Assembly (NCBI GenBank): GCA_964402035.1
Contig: CAYOAM010000003.1
Span: 228,657 to 263,958 of the forward strand
Direction: 5' to 3'
From: an uncultured Candidatus Saccharibacteria bacterium
GTDB lineage: Bacteria; Patescibacteriota; Minisyncoccia; Phycocordibacterales; UBA918
DNA: 35,302 nt
Position numbers and translations under genes: made by a program. Positions 1-8,977 of this stretch are shown here, piece by piece. Under the pieces are notes generated by a model. It searched no databases and was not told the DNA's origin. It saw only the letters and a program-made list of their open reading frames with translations. Within the stretch, counting starts at the first letter, position 1, and every line of letters starts with the position of its first letter.

Positions 1-1
1 C

Positions 2-292
2 GCGACATGGGCGCCCAAGAAGCGTCATCATAAGTGCGCGAGTCGGCGACGACTCCACTTTGTCTTCAGGGAGCGGTATATAGCTTTCTGCAGTACAGAG
101 GTGCATACGCTGAGTATTGAGTTCATATGCGCCTATGCTGGCTTCATCAGAGCCAGAGATCGAGGATAAAATGAAGACACGTTCAGAGGGTGCCGCGGTC
201 GTAATAAGATCACCAATCTGCATACCACTGTTCATGTACGGTACGATTTCTCTAGTGCCGAAACATATGAGGTAACCCACGCGGATGCTCAT
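2..292 (-). CDS. hypothetical protein, runs off the left edge of the window
   Basis: Manual translation from ATG at 292 (MSIRVGYLICFGTREIVPYMNSG...) stays open to the window edge; GGGAGG Shine-Dalgarno just upstream. Absent from the ORF track because the stop lies outside the window. Confidence 0.55.
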   Translation of the reverse strand, partial: MSIRVGYLICFGTREIVPYMNSGMQIGDLITTAAPSERVFILSSISGSDEASIGAYELNTQRMHLCTAESYIPLPEDKVESSPTRALMMTLLGRPCR

Positions 293-557
293 GTCAACCT
301 CCCTGCAGTTATTAGTCCAGTATCAGTATTGTCTGAAGAAGTACTTTCGTCAATAAAAATACCGACCACACAAGTGTGATCGGCATAAAAGAAGGCGGCG
401 GTGCACAGAGTAAACTATGTCCACTCCGGGGGGGTGGGGGGTGGAGGGTGGAGTGCCAGCAACCTAGCTGGACCGCCAGACCCAGACGAAGCCGAGGGGA
501 CGCTTCGTCGGGTGGTTGAGCCTATAGCGATCATACTGGAATAGAAACCGTTGTCAA

Positions 558-773
558 TCACACGCCGTAGTCACCCTCATCACTCTCTTGTTGTTCTTGC
601 CGACGCAAACAAAAGACGATGAAAAATCCGATAGCAAACGCACCAACCGTGGAGATCACCATTGACCAAAACGGTATATCGCTATCGAGGCCTGTAAAGT
701 AGAGTCGGAAGAGTATACCGACTGCTATACCGCACAACCCACCGATAGTGCTCTTTTTCAGGATGGTACTCAT
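558..773 (-). CDS. small membrane protein (2 predicted TM helices)
   Basis: ORF 558..809; start moved to MSTILKK at 773, which follows GGAGGAG; two hydrophobic stretches and an acidic tail. Confidence 0.6.
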   Translation of the reverse strand: MSTILKKSTIGGLCGIAVGILFRLYFTGLDSDIPFWSMVISTVGAFAIGFFIVFCLRRQEQQESDEGDYGV

Positions 774-928
774 CGGATCTCCTCCAACTATAATGTTGTC
801 ATAGTCCACGAGAGACTATCTCATGACGGATAAAAATATGCAAAAGAAAAGATGACAGAGCCATATTTCATGGTATATTGGAGCCGAGCAAGTGTGCTCG
901 TTTTTTTATTCTGTCTGTAGAATATTGA

Positions 929-983
929 TATCCGCCCATAGCTCAAGGAGTAGAGCGTCAAGCCCTACCCCGTACCGCTTGAC
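929..983 (+). repeat. tRNA 5'-half-like fragment upstream of tRNA-Lys
   Basis: TATCCGCCCATAGCTCA (929-945) is identical to 1011-1027; followed by a GCTC/GAGC D-stem and a GTCAAGC/GCTTGAC hairpin; no T-arm. Confidence 0.75.
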
Positions 984-1013
984 CCTTATTAACGAGAAGA
1001 TCTTCGATGGTAT

Positions 1014-1086
1014 CCGCCCATAGCTCAGCCGGTAGAGCAGCTCCCTTTTAAGGAGAAGGTCCCAGGTTCGATCCCTGGTGGGCGGA
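1014..1086 (+). tRNA. tRNA-Lys(UUU)
   Basis: Acceptor CCGCCCA/TGGGCGG, D-arm TAGCTCAGCCGGTAGAGC, anticodon loop CTTTTAA, T-loop GGTTCGATCCC; CCA not encoded. Confidence 0.96.
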
Positions 1087-1137
1087 CAAGAACGAAGTGA
1101 ATGCCGTCCACGAAGAAAGCGCGGGGCGCTTTCGAGA

Positions 1138-1268
1138 AGGGATCGAAGACCGTGTGAGATCTTTTCAAAGAAAAGTCCACACGGTGTACTGAAGTTGTAG
1201 ACTTCGATCCCTGGTGGGCGGACAAGTACACAAAATCTCCCCTGCGGGAGATTTTGTGTACTTGTCCG
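1138..1268 (+). repeat. tRNA-3'-associated structured element (type A) with duplicated tRNA-Lys 3' end
   Basis: AGGGATCGAA (anti T-arm), stem ACCGTGTG/CACACGGT, GTACT, hairpin GAAGT-TGTAG-ACTTC, tRNA 3' end copy 1203-1226, 23-bp-arm hairpin 1219-1268. Confidence 0.85.
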
Positions 1269-1270
1269 AC

Positions 1271-1357
1271 GCGCAGCGATGTTTCTGTTCTGCGAAGCAG
1301 AGGCAGAAACCGCGAGCGGGGATCGCGAAATTTTTCCGTCAGGAAAAATATTCGTGA
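1271..1357 (+). repeat. structured repeat (type B), copy 1
   Basis: Shares GCGAAATTTTTCCGTCAGGAAAAATATT (1325-1352) exactly with 34528-34555, plus a homologous upstream hairpin. Confidence 0.8.
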
Positions 1358-1385
1358 TGACAAGGAACAGCACCTGCGTGCTGTC

Positions 1386-1754
1386 TTACAAAGGCATATC
1401 AACCGCAAATGCTCCAGCGCCCGTGATAAAAAGTGAAAGTGAAATAGCGATAAGCAGTACAAAAAAAGCTCGCTCAGGTACATAGGCCGCACATTTTTTA
1501 TGAAAAATAAGTAGTGAGATTGCGAGTGCTAGGACACCAAGTGCTGCAAGTTGTGTTAAAAATCCAACAACAAAAAGTCCACCGAGAGAAAGTTCAAGCA
1601 TACCCAATAGTATGAGTGCGATACGTGGTGATTCCGGCGCGTGAGACTTGCGCAAATGCTGTATACCAAAGATTGCGAGGGCGCCACCGGTGATGATACG
1701 CAGTATCGCGTGCGCCAAAAGCGCGAGAAACATAATAGGGAATACGGCCATCAT
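1386..1754 (-). CDS. DoxX family membrane protein
   Basis: LRIITG...FG..H, ELSLGGLFVVGFLTQLAA and C-terminal GAGAFAVD motifs; 4 TM segments. Confidence 0.85.
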   Translation of the reverse strand: MMAVFPIMFLALLAHAILRIITGGALAIFGIQHLRKSHAPESPRIALILLGMLELSLGGLFVVGFLTQLAALGVLALAISLLIFHKKCAAYVPERAFFVLLIAISLSLFITGAGAFAVDMPL

Positions 1755-1776
1755 GCGAGTAGTGTATCATGCACGA

Positions 1777-2259
1777 ATGTCGAAAAAAGATATACCGCTG
1801 TATGTGGTTCTACACAATATACGCAGCGCTCAAAATGTGGGTGCGATATTCCGTACTGCCGATGCGGTGGGTATTGCCGAGCTATTGCTAGTTGGGTACA
1901 CGCCAACACCCATTGACCGCTTTGGACGACCACAGGGTGCTGTAGCAAAGGCATCCTTGGGCGCGGAGCACACAGTTCCGTGGCGACATATCGATACAAT
2001 AGAGGAATGCATCCGCTATCTGCGAAGAAAAGAAGTGTCGATCTGTGCGGTTGAGCGTGCAAAAGAGGCAGTACCATACACGACCGTTAAAAAGGATCAA
2101 CCGACTGCTTTTATTTTTGGTAATGAAATTGAGGGTGTGCTGCAGGCAGTCATCGATAGTGCCGACGTATGTATTGCGCTACCGATGTATGGCAGTAAAG
2201 AATCGCTCAATGTGTCGGTGACAGCGGGTATTGTCCTCTATGAGTTCAGAGAGGGGTGA
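1777..2259 (+). CDS. TrmH/SpoU family RNA methyltransferase
   Basis: SPOUT motifs LHNIRSAQNVGAIFRTADA, FGNEIEG, LPMYGSKESLNVSVTAGI; start moved to MSKKDIP. Confidence 0.92.
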   Translation: MSKKDIPLYVVLHNIRSAQNVGAIFRTADAVGIAELLLVGYTPTPIDRFGRPQGAVAKASLGAEHTVPWRHIDTIEECIRYLRRKEVSICAVERAKEAVPYTTVKKDQPTAFIFGNEIEGVLQAVIDSADVCIALPMYGSKESLNVSVTAGIVLYEFREG

Positions 2260-2302
2260 AAGGTGCTGGGAGCACCTTTCACGAAACATTAGACTCAGTA
2301 TC

Positions 2303-3274
2303 CTAATATTTCAACACCGCAACAACGCGGTCTTCATTATCAAGCAAACGAATAATCTCGCGTTCGCCGCGCCAGAGATCGTCATTTTCATCAAGGTAAA
2401 TGTGCCAGGTTGACTGCAAAAAGTATGCGTCATATTGATGATTTTTTAGACATCCTGTGTAGGAGAGCGTATCGTCAGCAAACGTACGACAGCTTTTTGA
2501 AACATTGGCGCGGTCAGCATTCACGATGCGACAAGAAGACAGTGTTTCGACGAAGTCATAGCAAGCATCATTGTCGAGTGCAATTTTTGCAAATGTTTCC
2601 ATTTCGGTCAGCGGATTGGGGCACTGCTGACTCAATGAAGGGGTGAACTCTTGGAACTGGGCAAAGTATCCGGTGCACATATTTTCTCGAAACGACATAC
2701 CAATAGGGGATTCTCCTGTCACAATATATGCGGTATCTCCCGCTGTGAGCATGATGTCGTTTTCGGTAGAGTCAGATCTACTTTTTGGTTTTCTATTACC
2801 TTGTGGAATGGTCCCTGCATTTTTAGTTACTGTGCTCTCGATACGCCAGCCAGAGACATTAATCGGTATTGTGATATCACTTGCGGCATAGAGGGTGAGG
2901 TATTCGGCGTCTTCATCGTCGCTCCACACATTGCCGCTTTGTAATGTGATCTTGTCTTTGTATGGCGAAACGGTGCCCCAGAGTTTGGTATCGGCAATCC
3001 CTTGTTTGAGATCGGTAATAGTCTGTTGGGCGCGCGCAACTTCTGCTTGTACTTGATCGGGTGAAAGTGGGGCTGCGGATTCCTGTTCCGTTTGCGGAGC
3101 AGCACTGATGGATGTCTGATTATCTTGCAATAGTGTCTGTTCTCCTGTTGATGTAGCGTGCGGGGCGATGGTTCGTAGGGTGCCCGAAGCGACAAACCAC
3201 ATACAGATGATGATGCCGAAAAAGACGACTAAAAATCCCGCGCTATTACCACCTCCTGCACTTTCATCAGCCAT
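2303..3274 (-). CDS. membrane-anchored extracellular protein, possible lamin-tail-like domain with Cys-rich insert
   Basis: N-terminal TM helix; EYLTL...PINVSGWRIES and LW..ERE.IRLLD.E..VV segments resemble LTD-type domains; six Cys in the C-terminal half; overlaps the murE stop. Confidence 0.65.
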   Translation of the reverse strand: MADESAGGGNSAGFLVVFFGIIICMWFVASGTLRTIAPHATSTGEQTLLQDNQTSISAAPQTEQESAAPLSPDQVQAEVARAQQTITDLKQGIADTKLWGTVSPYKDKITLQSGNVWSDDEDAEYLTLYAASDITIPINVSGWRIESTVTKNAGTIPQGNRKPKSRSDSTENDIMLTAGDTAYIVTGESPIGMSFRENMCTGYFAQFQEFTPSLSQQCPNPLTEMETFAKIALDNDACYDFVETLSSCRIVNADRANVSKSCRTFADDTLSYTGCLKNHQYDAYFLQSTWHIYLDENDDLWRGEREIIRLLDNEDRVVAVLKY

Positions 3275-4568
3275 GGCGTTTTGATTCTCCACTACCAAAT
3301 AAATATGCTATTTCTCCTCGCACGGTTTCTGCATCACTCCATGGTGTCTTCGTGTTTCGAGGTCCCATAATGTATGGGTCCGTGCCTTTTCCAGTAATCA
3401 AGACTACTCCTTTGTCAGGTGCGATGCGGAGCGCATGACGTATTGCTTCGCGACGATCCATAATGACCGTGAGTTTGCTCTGATCTTCGATACCGCGCTT
3501 CATATCTTCAATAATCTTGTCGGGAAGTTCGTCGTATGGATCTTCGTCGGTCAAGATAATGTGCTCACAATATTCTCCCGCGATCCGTCCCATTTCAGGA
3601 CGCTTCCATGTGTCGCGTCCACCACCAGTGTTTCCCAAGACACAGATCTTTGGTGTGTCGCCAAATGCTTTGTATAGCTTTTCAAGTGAGTCAGGTGTGT
3701 GCGCATAGTCAACGATTGCAGAAATTTGTTTTCCTGCGCCTTGAGGTACTGTTATTTTTTCAACACGTCCTTTTATGGGAGCGAGATTGCCAAGTGCTCG
3801 CTCGATGATCTTGAGTGGTACGCCAAATGATCGCGTGCAGGCGATTGCCGCGATGACGTTGTATACATTGAAGAGTCCCACGAGTGGTGTGCGGATAGTT
3901 AGTCCTTCAAAAACGACGCTGACCCCATCTTTGGTCAAGGTGTGGAGTTCTGGGTCTTTGAGTGAATAGGGGATACGCTTTTCTACCATCGCCTTGAGAA
4001 AATCCTCACCATGTTCATCATCAGCGTTTACGATGATGCGTCGTGGACGTTTCCGTGATTGCTCAAGTTCGTGCACGATCGAAAGTTTTGCTTGTTTATA
4101 TTTTTCAAATGATCCATGCGACTCGATGTGTTCAGGAGATAGGTTGGTGAAAACCAAAGCATCAAGGTCAATGAACTTGTGACGATATTGCTTTGCTCCC
4201 TCGCTCGTCATCTCGATGATGGCAACATTGCAACCAGCAGAGACCGCGTCACGCAAAAACTTTTGCATAAACATACGCCCCGGCATGGTCATTTTAAAGA
4301 GATTTGGTTCGGTTCGTTCGCCAATTTTAAAACGAATCGTCCCCGCAACTGCAGTGCGTTTTCCATCTGCTTCAAAGATGGCATTGATGAGCTCGGTCAC
4401 CGTTGATTTCCCTTTTGTGCCGGTGACTCCGACGACGGTTATTTCTCGTGAGGGAAAGCCATACCAAAAGGCACCGATAAGGGCGAGGAGGTAGTGATAT
4501 GGTGGGCGAAATGCACCTAAGAGACGGCTCGGAATCAGGCGTTTGAGGTAGTACAAGAGGGTGTTCAT
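3267..4568 (-). CDS. murE: UDP-N-acetylmuramyl-tripeptide synthetase (MurE)
   Basis: GVTGTKGKST P-loop, EMTSEG, FTNLSPEHIESH, GLFNVYN, VDYAHTPDSL, GGGRD..KRP.MG, ITGKG; start at MNTLLYY. Confidence 0.92.
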   Translation of the reverse strand: MNTLLYYLKRLIPSRLLGAFRPPYHYLLALIGAFWYGFPSREITVVGVTGTKGKSTVTELINAIFEADGKRTAVAGTIRFKIGERTEPNLFKMTMPGRMFMQKFLRDAVSAGCNVAIIEMTSEGAKQYRHKFIDLDALVFTNLSPEHIESHGSFEKYKQAKLSIVHELEQSRKRPRRIIVNADDEHGEDFLKAMVEKRIPYSLKDPELHTLTKDGVSVVFEGLTIRTPLVGLFNVYNVIAAIACTRSFGVPLKIIERALGNLAPIKGRVEKITVPQGAGKQISAIVDYAHTPDSLEKLYKAFGDTPKICVLGNTGGGRDTWKRPEMGRIAGEYCEHIILTDEDPYDELPDKIIEDMKRGIEDQSKLTVIMDRREAIRHALRIAPDKGVVLITGKGTDPYIMGPRNTKTPWSDAETVRGEIAYLFGSGESKRHG

Positions 4569-4641
4569 ACGTAGCGGATACCCAATTATAGCGCAAGATT
4601 GCCCTAGAGGCATCAACACATAGTTTTTACGGTAAAAAGGG

Positions 4642-5208
4642 TTATTTCGACAAACTGCGTAGCGCTTCCTTCACGCGGTCGTTGGTGTTTTTGATTGAGG
4701 GGTCGATGCGCTGTACTGCATCACGCGCTTCTTTTTGGCTATAACCTAGCGTTACCAGAGCATCGATAGCGTCACTGTTGCCGTGTTCTCCGGGAGCAAC
4801 CATGTCATTTCCTTCAAATTTGTCTTTGAGACCCATTACAATTTTTTCAGCACTCTTTTTCCCAATACCTGACATCTTCGAAAGGTAAACAGGGTCTTCA
4901 GACGCAACTGCTTTTTTAATGAGTTCAATATCCGCTTGCGAAAGAATTTGCATGGCAGATTTGGGGCCAATCTTTGGGAGGTCGATGAGCATCTCAAACA
5001 TCTCAAGATCGTCGAGGGAGAAAAAGCCGTAGAGGTCGAGTGCGTCTTCGCGCACGGCTAGGTACGTATGTAAAGACAGGGCGTTGCCTATGGCAAGCCC
5101 TTCGGCGCGCCCATTCTGTATAGCGACCAAGTACCCAACCCCATGAACATCGAGCACAATCCGCCCCAAGCGTATATCGGAGACAACCCCTGTGAGCATG
5201 CGTATCAT
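4642..5208 (-). CDS. ruvA: Holliday junction branch migration protein RuvA
   Basis: MIRMLTG start, DVHGVGYLV, VREDALDLYGF, HhH IGPKSA and GIGKKSAEKI, DAIDALVTLGYS. Confidence 0.96.
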   Translation of the reverse strand: MIRMLTGVVSDIRLGRIVLDVHGVGYLVAIQNGRAEGLAIGNALSLHTYLAVREDALDLYGFFSLDDLEMFEMLIDLPKIGPKSAMQILSQADIELIKKAVASEDPVYLSKMSGIGKKSAEKIVMGLKDKFEGNDMVAPGEHGNSDAIDALVTLGYSQKEARDAVQRIDPSIKNTNDRVKEALRSLSK

Positions 5209-5291
5209 AGATGTGATATAGCCGTATGGTAGCACAAATAGTCCCCACCTAAGCATTGCGTAATCTGGGCATCTTCCTATAGTGAGTCTAT

Positions 5292-8228
5292 ATGTGGGTG
5301 AGTCATATATATGACGATCTGCCGATAAGTTTTCTCTCAAAATACGTCTTATCCAGTGCGGGCCTCGTGCTCGCATTTTTGTTTCTCGCACCGCACGTCG
5401 CACATGCAGCATTTACGCTCTCATGGGGAACGGTTGTCTATGATGAAGATTCAGGAGACATCATCTTTGATGATCGTATCTATCTTCCAGATGGAGCTGA
5501 AACAGAACTACCACTTGGGGTTACCAAAAAGATTGGCATTGGATTTACAGGAACGCTCTATGATGTCTACGGAAAACTTTATCAGATGAATGGTAGCGAG
5601 CGAGAGTTTGTAGAAACATTAAACCAAGAGGAGGATTTTGCATGGGATGTGTATGGCACCTACGAACTCGATGTCTTTGATGCGGGAGCCCCGGTTCTAT
5701 CATCTAGGGATTGGCATCGTGGGTTTTGGCAGCGTTTGTTGGGCAGTATCGCACGTGCAGATACCGGTGACTATTTGGGCACCATACGCTTTACCATAAA
5801 ACCTATACAGGGACCAAACCAAGCGCCCACTCTTTCTTTTGTGCCAGATAGCGGGGGAGTCCTACCAGAAAAGGGAATACCTAAGACAACGGAGTTTGTA
5901 TTTCGTGTCGTCTACACTGATCTTGATAACGATGCACCACAAGGAGCGCATCTACATGTAGATGGAAAAGAGATAGCACTTGAAACAGAGACAGGTACGG
6001 GAGATTTGCATGATGATGTTTTTAGCAACGGCGAAGTACTTAGGGCAGCATATGTTTTTGACGATCGTGGGACGTACCCATTTTCCTTTGAAGCTGGCGA
6101 TGGGACAGCCACGACTACCTTAGCGGGAGATGTTGCTATAAGTGTCGGATTCTCTAACGTCGCATTTTTCCCCGGCGTCCAAGCTTCCTATCTCTATAAA
6201 GAAGGGGCACTCACTGAAGATCAGGTGTGGACTCCGAATGCGACCCTAGGCACTGCAAATGACGTAGAAAACCTCGCGTTGAATCCTGACGGATCGAGTG
6301 TTGACGATATTTACACAAGGGAAAATGAAATAGTAAGAACAGCGTACGAGTCACTCTTGGGAGGGGTGCCCGTTTATGCTGGTTTTGATACGTACATGGA
6401 TTCTCTTGTTTCAGGCGGAACTATAGAGTCGTGGAAACCAATCGTGTATGATTGGCGACTCGATTTTGACACTATTCTAGAGTCAGGAAAACAAGATGGA
6501 GAAAAGATATCGTATCTGAACGCCACAAGCACCCCCTATATCTACCAAGAGTTGAAGCGGCTGGCAGAAAATTCTGAGAGTGGCAAGGTCTCTATCATTG
6601 CCCATTCAAACGGCGGCTTGCTCGCGAAAAAATTACTCAAAAAACTTGAAGATGAAAACGATCCACTTCTTTCGAAGATTGACCTTCTGGTGTTCGTAGC
6701 TGTCCCACAACTCGGCACACCAAAAACGCTCTTTCCGTTGCTTCATGGCACAGAAAATCCTCTGGGAAATTTTCCGACCTTTCTTCAGGATCGTGTATGG
6801 CGCGAGACAGTACGGCACTCACCTGCTGCGTATAACTTGTTGCCCTCAAGTGAATATTTAGAAAGTGGCGAAGTCATGATTCATTTTGATAGTTCACTAA
6901 ACAATCTTACGGAGACTATACAAAAACGCGATGCTGAGGGGTATATAGGGACGACGCTTTCTCCCGTACTTGATTACCGTACGCACTATGGGGAAGACGT
7001 GCGTGGTTTTAATGAACTGCATGACTTCCTTAAAGGAAAAGAGGGAAGACTGGGTCCTGCGTACGATGATGTGGTACATCCCAGTGTGCTACCGACTTCT
7101 TTTCTTGCTTCTGCAGAAAATGTGCATGATGAGATCGACCCATGGGAATCACCTGACACAGACCATGATGGTGAACCTGATATAAAGGTTGTGCAAATAG
7201 TGGGTGTTGGTCTTGGTACCATTGCGGGGGTTGAGTTCATAGCTAAGAAACATCTCTTTGGTTGTACTGCTGATTCGTCGACATGCTCGACGGATCTTTA
7301 CGGAGTTCAAGCAGTACCCATGTATTCTTCCTTAGGAGATGAAACGGTGACAGCGCGAAGCGCTGCCGCTATGGATGTAGAGACATACTACGTTGATTTG
7401 AGAGAATACAATGATGATGGTGTCGATCCCGATGGGGTTAAAATCCGAAAACATTTTAATATTATGGCTTTAGAGCCCGTTACCTCCATTTTGGAAAGTC
7501 TTGTGTATGGTGCGATAGTTGATGAAGATGAGTATATTTCAAAAGTTATACCTGATACTGGCGACATCACTGTTATAGAAGCGCATTCACCCGTTGATCT
7601 CGCCATTCAAGATTCTTTTGGGAACATCTCCAGTCTCAAAAAAGATACTTCGTCTGGTGTTTCATATTTTGAAGAAAATGTGCCCAATACAACGTATTTC
7701 AAAGTAGGCTCAAGCACTTTTATGACGGTAGATAGTTCCTCACCGCACACTGTTTTGCTTGATGGTACTGGAGAAGGTACCTTCACACTTGTCATTAAAA
7801 AATATACCAATGATGCACTGAAATCGAAAACTACTTTCAGCGAGGTGCCTGTTACTGGTTCCCTGCAAGGAAGCGTTGTGTTACCTATCCTTGGTAAACC
7901 GATAACCCTTTCAATCGACAAAGATGGTAACGGCATCGTAGATACGACGGTACAAGCTGATGGAACAACAAAAACGTATCAAGAACTCTTTGTCAATTTC
8001 AGAAGCATTGTGTCGCAGTCCACAATGGATAAAAACATCAAGGTCGCGCTTACAGCGCTCTCTCGACTTGGAGAAAAAGCGATACAAGAAAAAAGGATAC
8101 TTGTGGGGCGCGTGACCATTATTGCGATGGAGCTTTTTATTAAACAAAAGACAGGGAAGGGTATACAGTCTGTAGATGCTATAAGATTGCTTGCTATACT
8201 TAAAGAGATAAAGACAATACTTAAATAA
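5292..8228 (+). CDS. large exported alpha/beta-hydrolase (LCAT/PGAP1-like lipase/acyltransferase) with accessory beta domains
   Basis: Signal-like segment ending AHA; FFPGVQASYL, YDWRL, nucleophile elbow IIAHSNGGL, VPQLGTP, GDETV, H in KHFNI; C-terminal HSPVDL domain and DKDGNG Ca-loop. Confidence 0.85.
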   Translation: MWVSHIYDDLPISFLSKYVLSSAGLVLAFLFLAPHVAHAAFTLSWGTVVYDEDSGDIIFDDRIYLPDGAETELPLGVTKKIGIGFTGTLYDVYGKLYQMNGSEREFVETLNQEEDFAWDVYGTYELDVFDAGAPVLSSRDWHRGFWQRLLGSIARADTGDYLGTIRFTIKPIQGPNQAPTLSFVPDSGGVLPEKGIPKTTEFVFRVVYTDLDNDAPQGAHLHVDGKEIALETETGTGDLHDDVFSNGEVLRAAYVFDDRGTYPFSFEAGDGTATTTLAGDVAISVGFSNVAFFPGVQASYLYKEGALTEDQVWTPNATLGTANDVENLALNPDGSSVDDIYTRENEIVRTAYESLLGGVPVYAGFDTYMDSLVSGGTIESWKPIVYDWRLDFDTILESGKQDGEKISYLNATSTPYIYQELKRLAENSESGKVSIIAHSNGGLLAKKLLKKLEDENDPLLSKIDLLVFVAVPQLGTPKTLFPLLHGTENPLGNFPTFLQDRVWRETVRHSPAAYNLLPSSEYLESGEVMIHFDSSLNNLTETIQKRDAEGYIGTTLSPVLDYRTHYGEDVRGFNELHDFLKGKEGRLGPAYDDVVHPSVLPTSFLASAENVHDEIDPWESPDTDHDGEPDIKVVQIVGVGLGTIAGVEFIAKKHLFGCTADSSTCSTDLYGVQAVPMYSSLGDETVTARSAAAMDVETYYVDLREYNDDGVDPDGVKIRKHFNIMALEPVTSILESLVYGAIVDEDEYISKVIPDTGDITVIEAHSPVDLAIQDSFGNISSLKKDTSSGVSYFEENVPNTTYFKVGSSTFMTVDSSSPHTVLLDGTGEGTFTLVIKKYTNDALKSKTTFSEVPVTGSLQGSVVLPILGKPITLSIDKDGNGIVDTTVQADGTTKTYQELFVNFRSIVSQSTMDKNIKVALTALSRLGEKAIQEKRILVGRVTIIAMELFIKQKTGKGIQSVDAIRLLAILKEIKTILK

Positions 8229-8229
8229 T

Positions 8230-8712
8230 ATGGAATTTATACGTACATGGTTATGGGAAGGGAGAAGAAAATATGTCTACTCGTTGTCTCTGCTGGGTCT
8301 ATGGGCATGGTTGGCGGCTTATTTTGTGTGGGAGAGTTTTGGGAAATCTCTTTGTCCGACCAGAGAAGCATTTGAAGCAATTACTAAGGAATATGAACAC
8401 TGCGTGAATTGGTATCTCTACACCATTCACAATCCATTTTTCTTCGGGCACTTTTTAAAAACCGTTATTCTACTCCCGCTTCTATTTTTATTTCCCTTTT
8501 CAACGCTCACATTCCGCGCATGGGCTACATTTTCTGCATTACTTATACCTACTGCGATTTACAGCATTATCACTGCCCCGACATATGGTCAATTTTTCGA
8601 TAAGGTGATGACGAGCACTACCTGGGGCGCTTTTTATGTCTGTGGTACCCTGTCTATTATCATCCTTATTCCACTTGGTGAATATCTCTATAAAAAGTTT
8701 AAGGCAAAATAG
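8230..8712 (+). CDS. 4-TM membrane protein coupled to the lipase gene
   Basis: Starts 1 nt after the lipase stop; four hydrophobic segments and a Cys pair in the first loop. Confidence 0.75.
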   Translation: MEFIRTWLWEGRRKYVYSLSLLGLWAWLAAYFVWESFGKSLCPTREAFEAITKEYEHCVNWYLYTIHNPFFFGHFLKTVILLPLLFLFPFSTLTFRAWATFSALLIPTAIYSIITAPTYGQFFDKVMTSTTWGAFYVCGTLSIIILIPLGEYLYKKFKAK

Positions 8713-8977
8713 TGTCATTACAGAGATTAATCAGTCGTTCCCAACCCAAGATTTATTAGCTACAATACCAAAAATATCATGGCAGAAAATGGTGAATGCC
8801 ACCATTTTTCCGAGGACAGAACATTCCAGCGTTTCGAGAAAAAGGAGTATGAAAAATCAGAGAAGGATTTGTATATAAAGAAAAAGAAGTGTAGACAAAC
8901 TGCTCATGTAGGTTGGCGGTATGACAGGCCAAAAAAATGCGTGGCAGGCTTCTTTGCGTACCATTAAAATCTCTGGA

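Noticed and set aside
906-1492. ORFs 906..1373, 1025..1492, 1254..1436, 1279..1485
   Set aside because: They overlap tRNA-Lys, its repeats and doxX; the repeated VLVRPPGIE peptide just reflects the duplicated tRNA end.
5209-5412. N-terminal extension of RuvA in the ORF track
   Set aside because: RuvA homology begins at MIRMLTG (5208); the extension overlaps the divergent lipase gene.
8731-8964. Minus-strand hydrophobic reading frame with an internal TGA at 8857-8859 (pseudogene or UGA recoding)
   Set aside because: Short and without recognisable homology; TGA is a normal stop elsewhere in the window (e.g. trmH at 2257-2259), so code 25 is unsupported.
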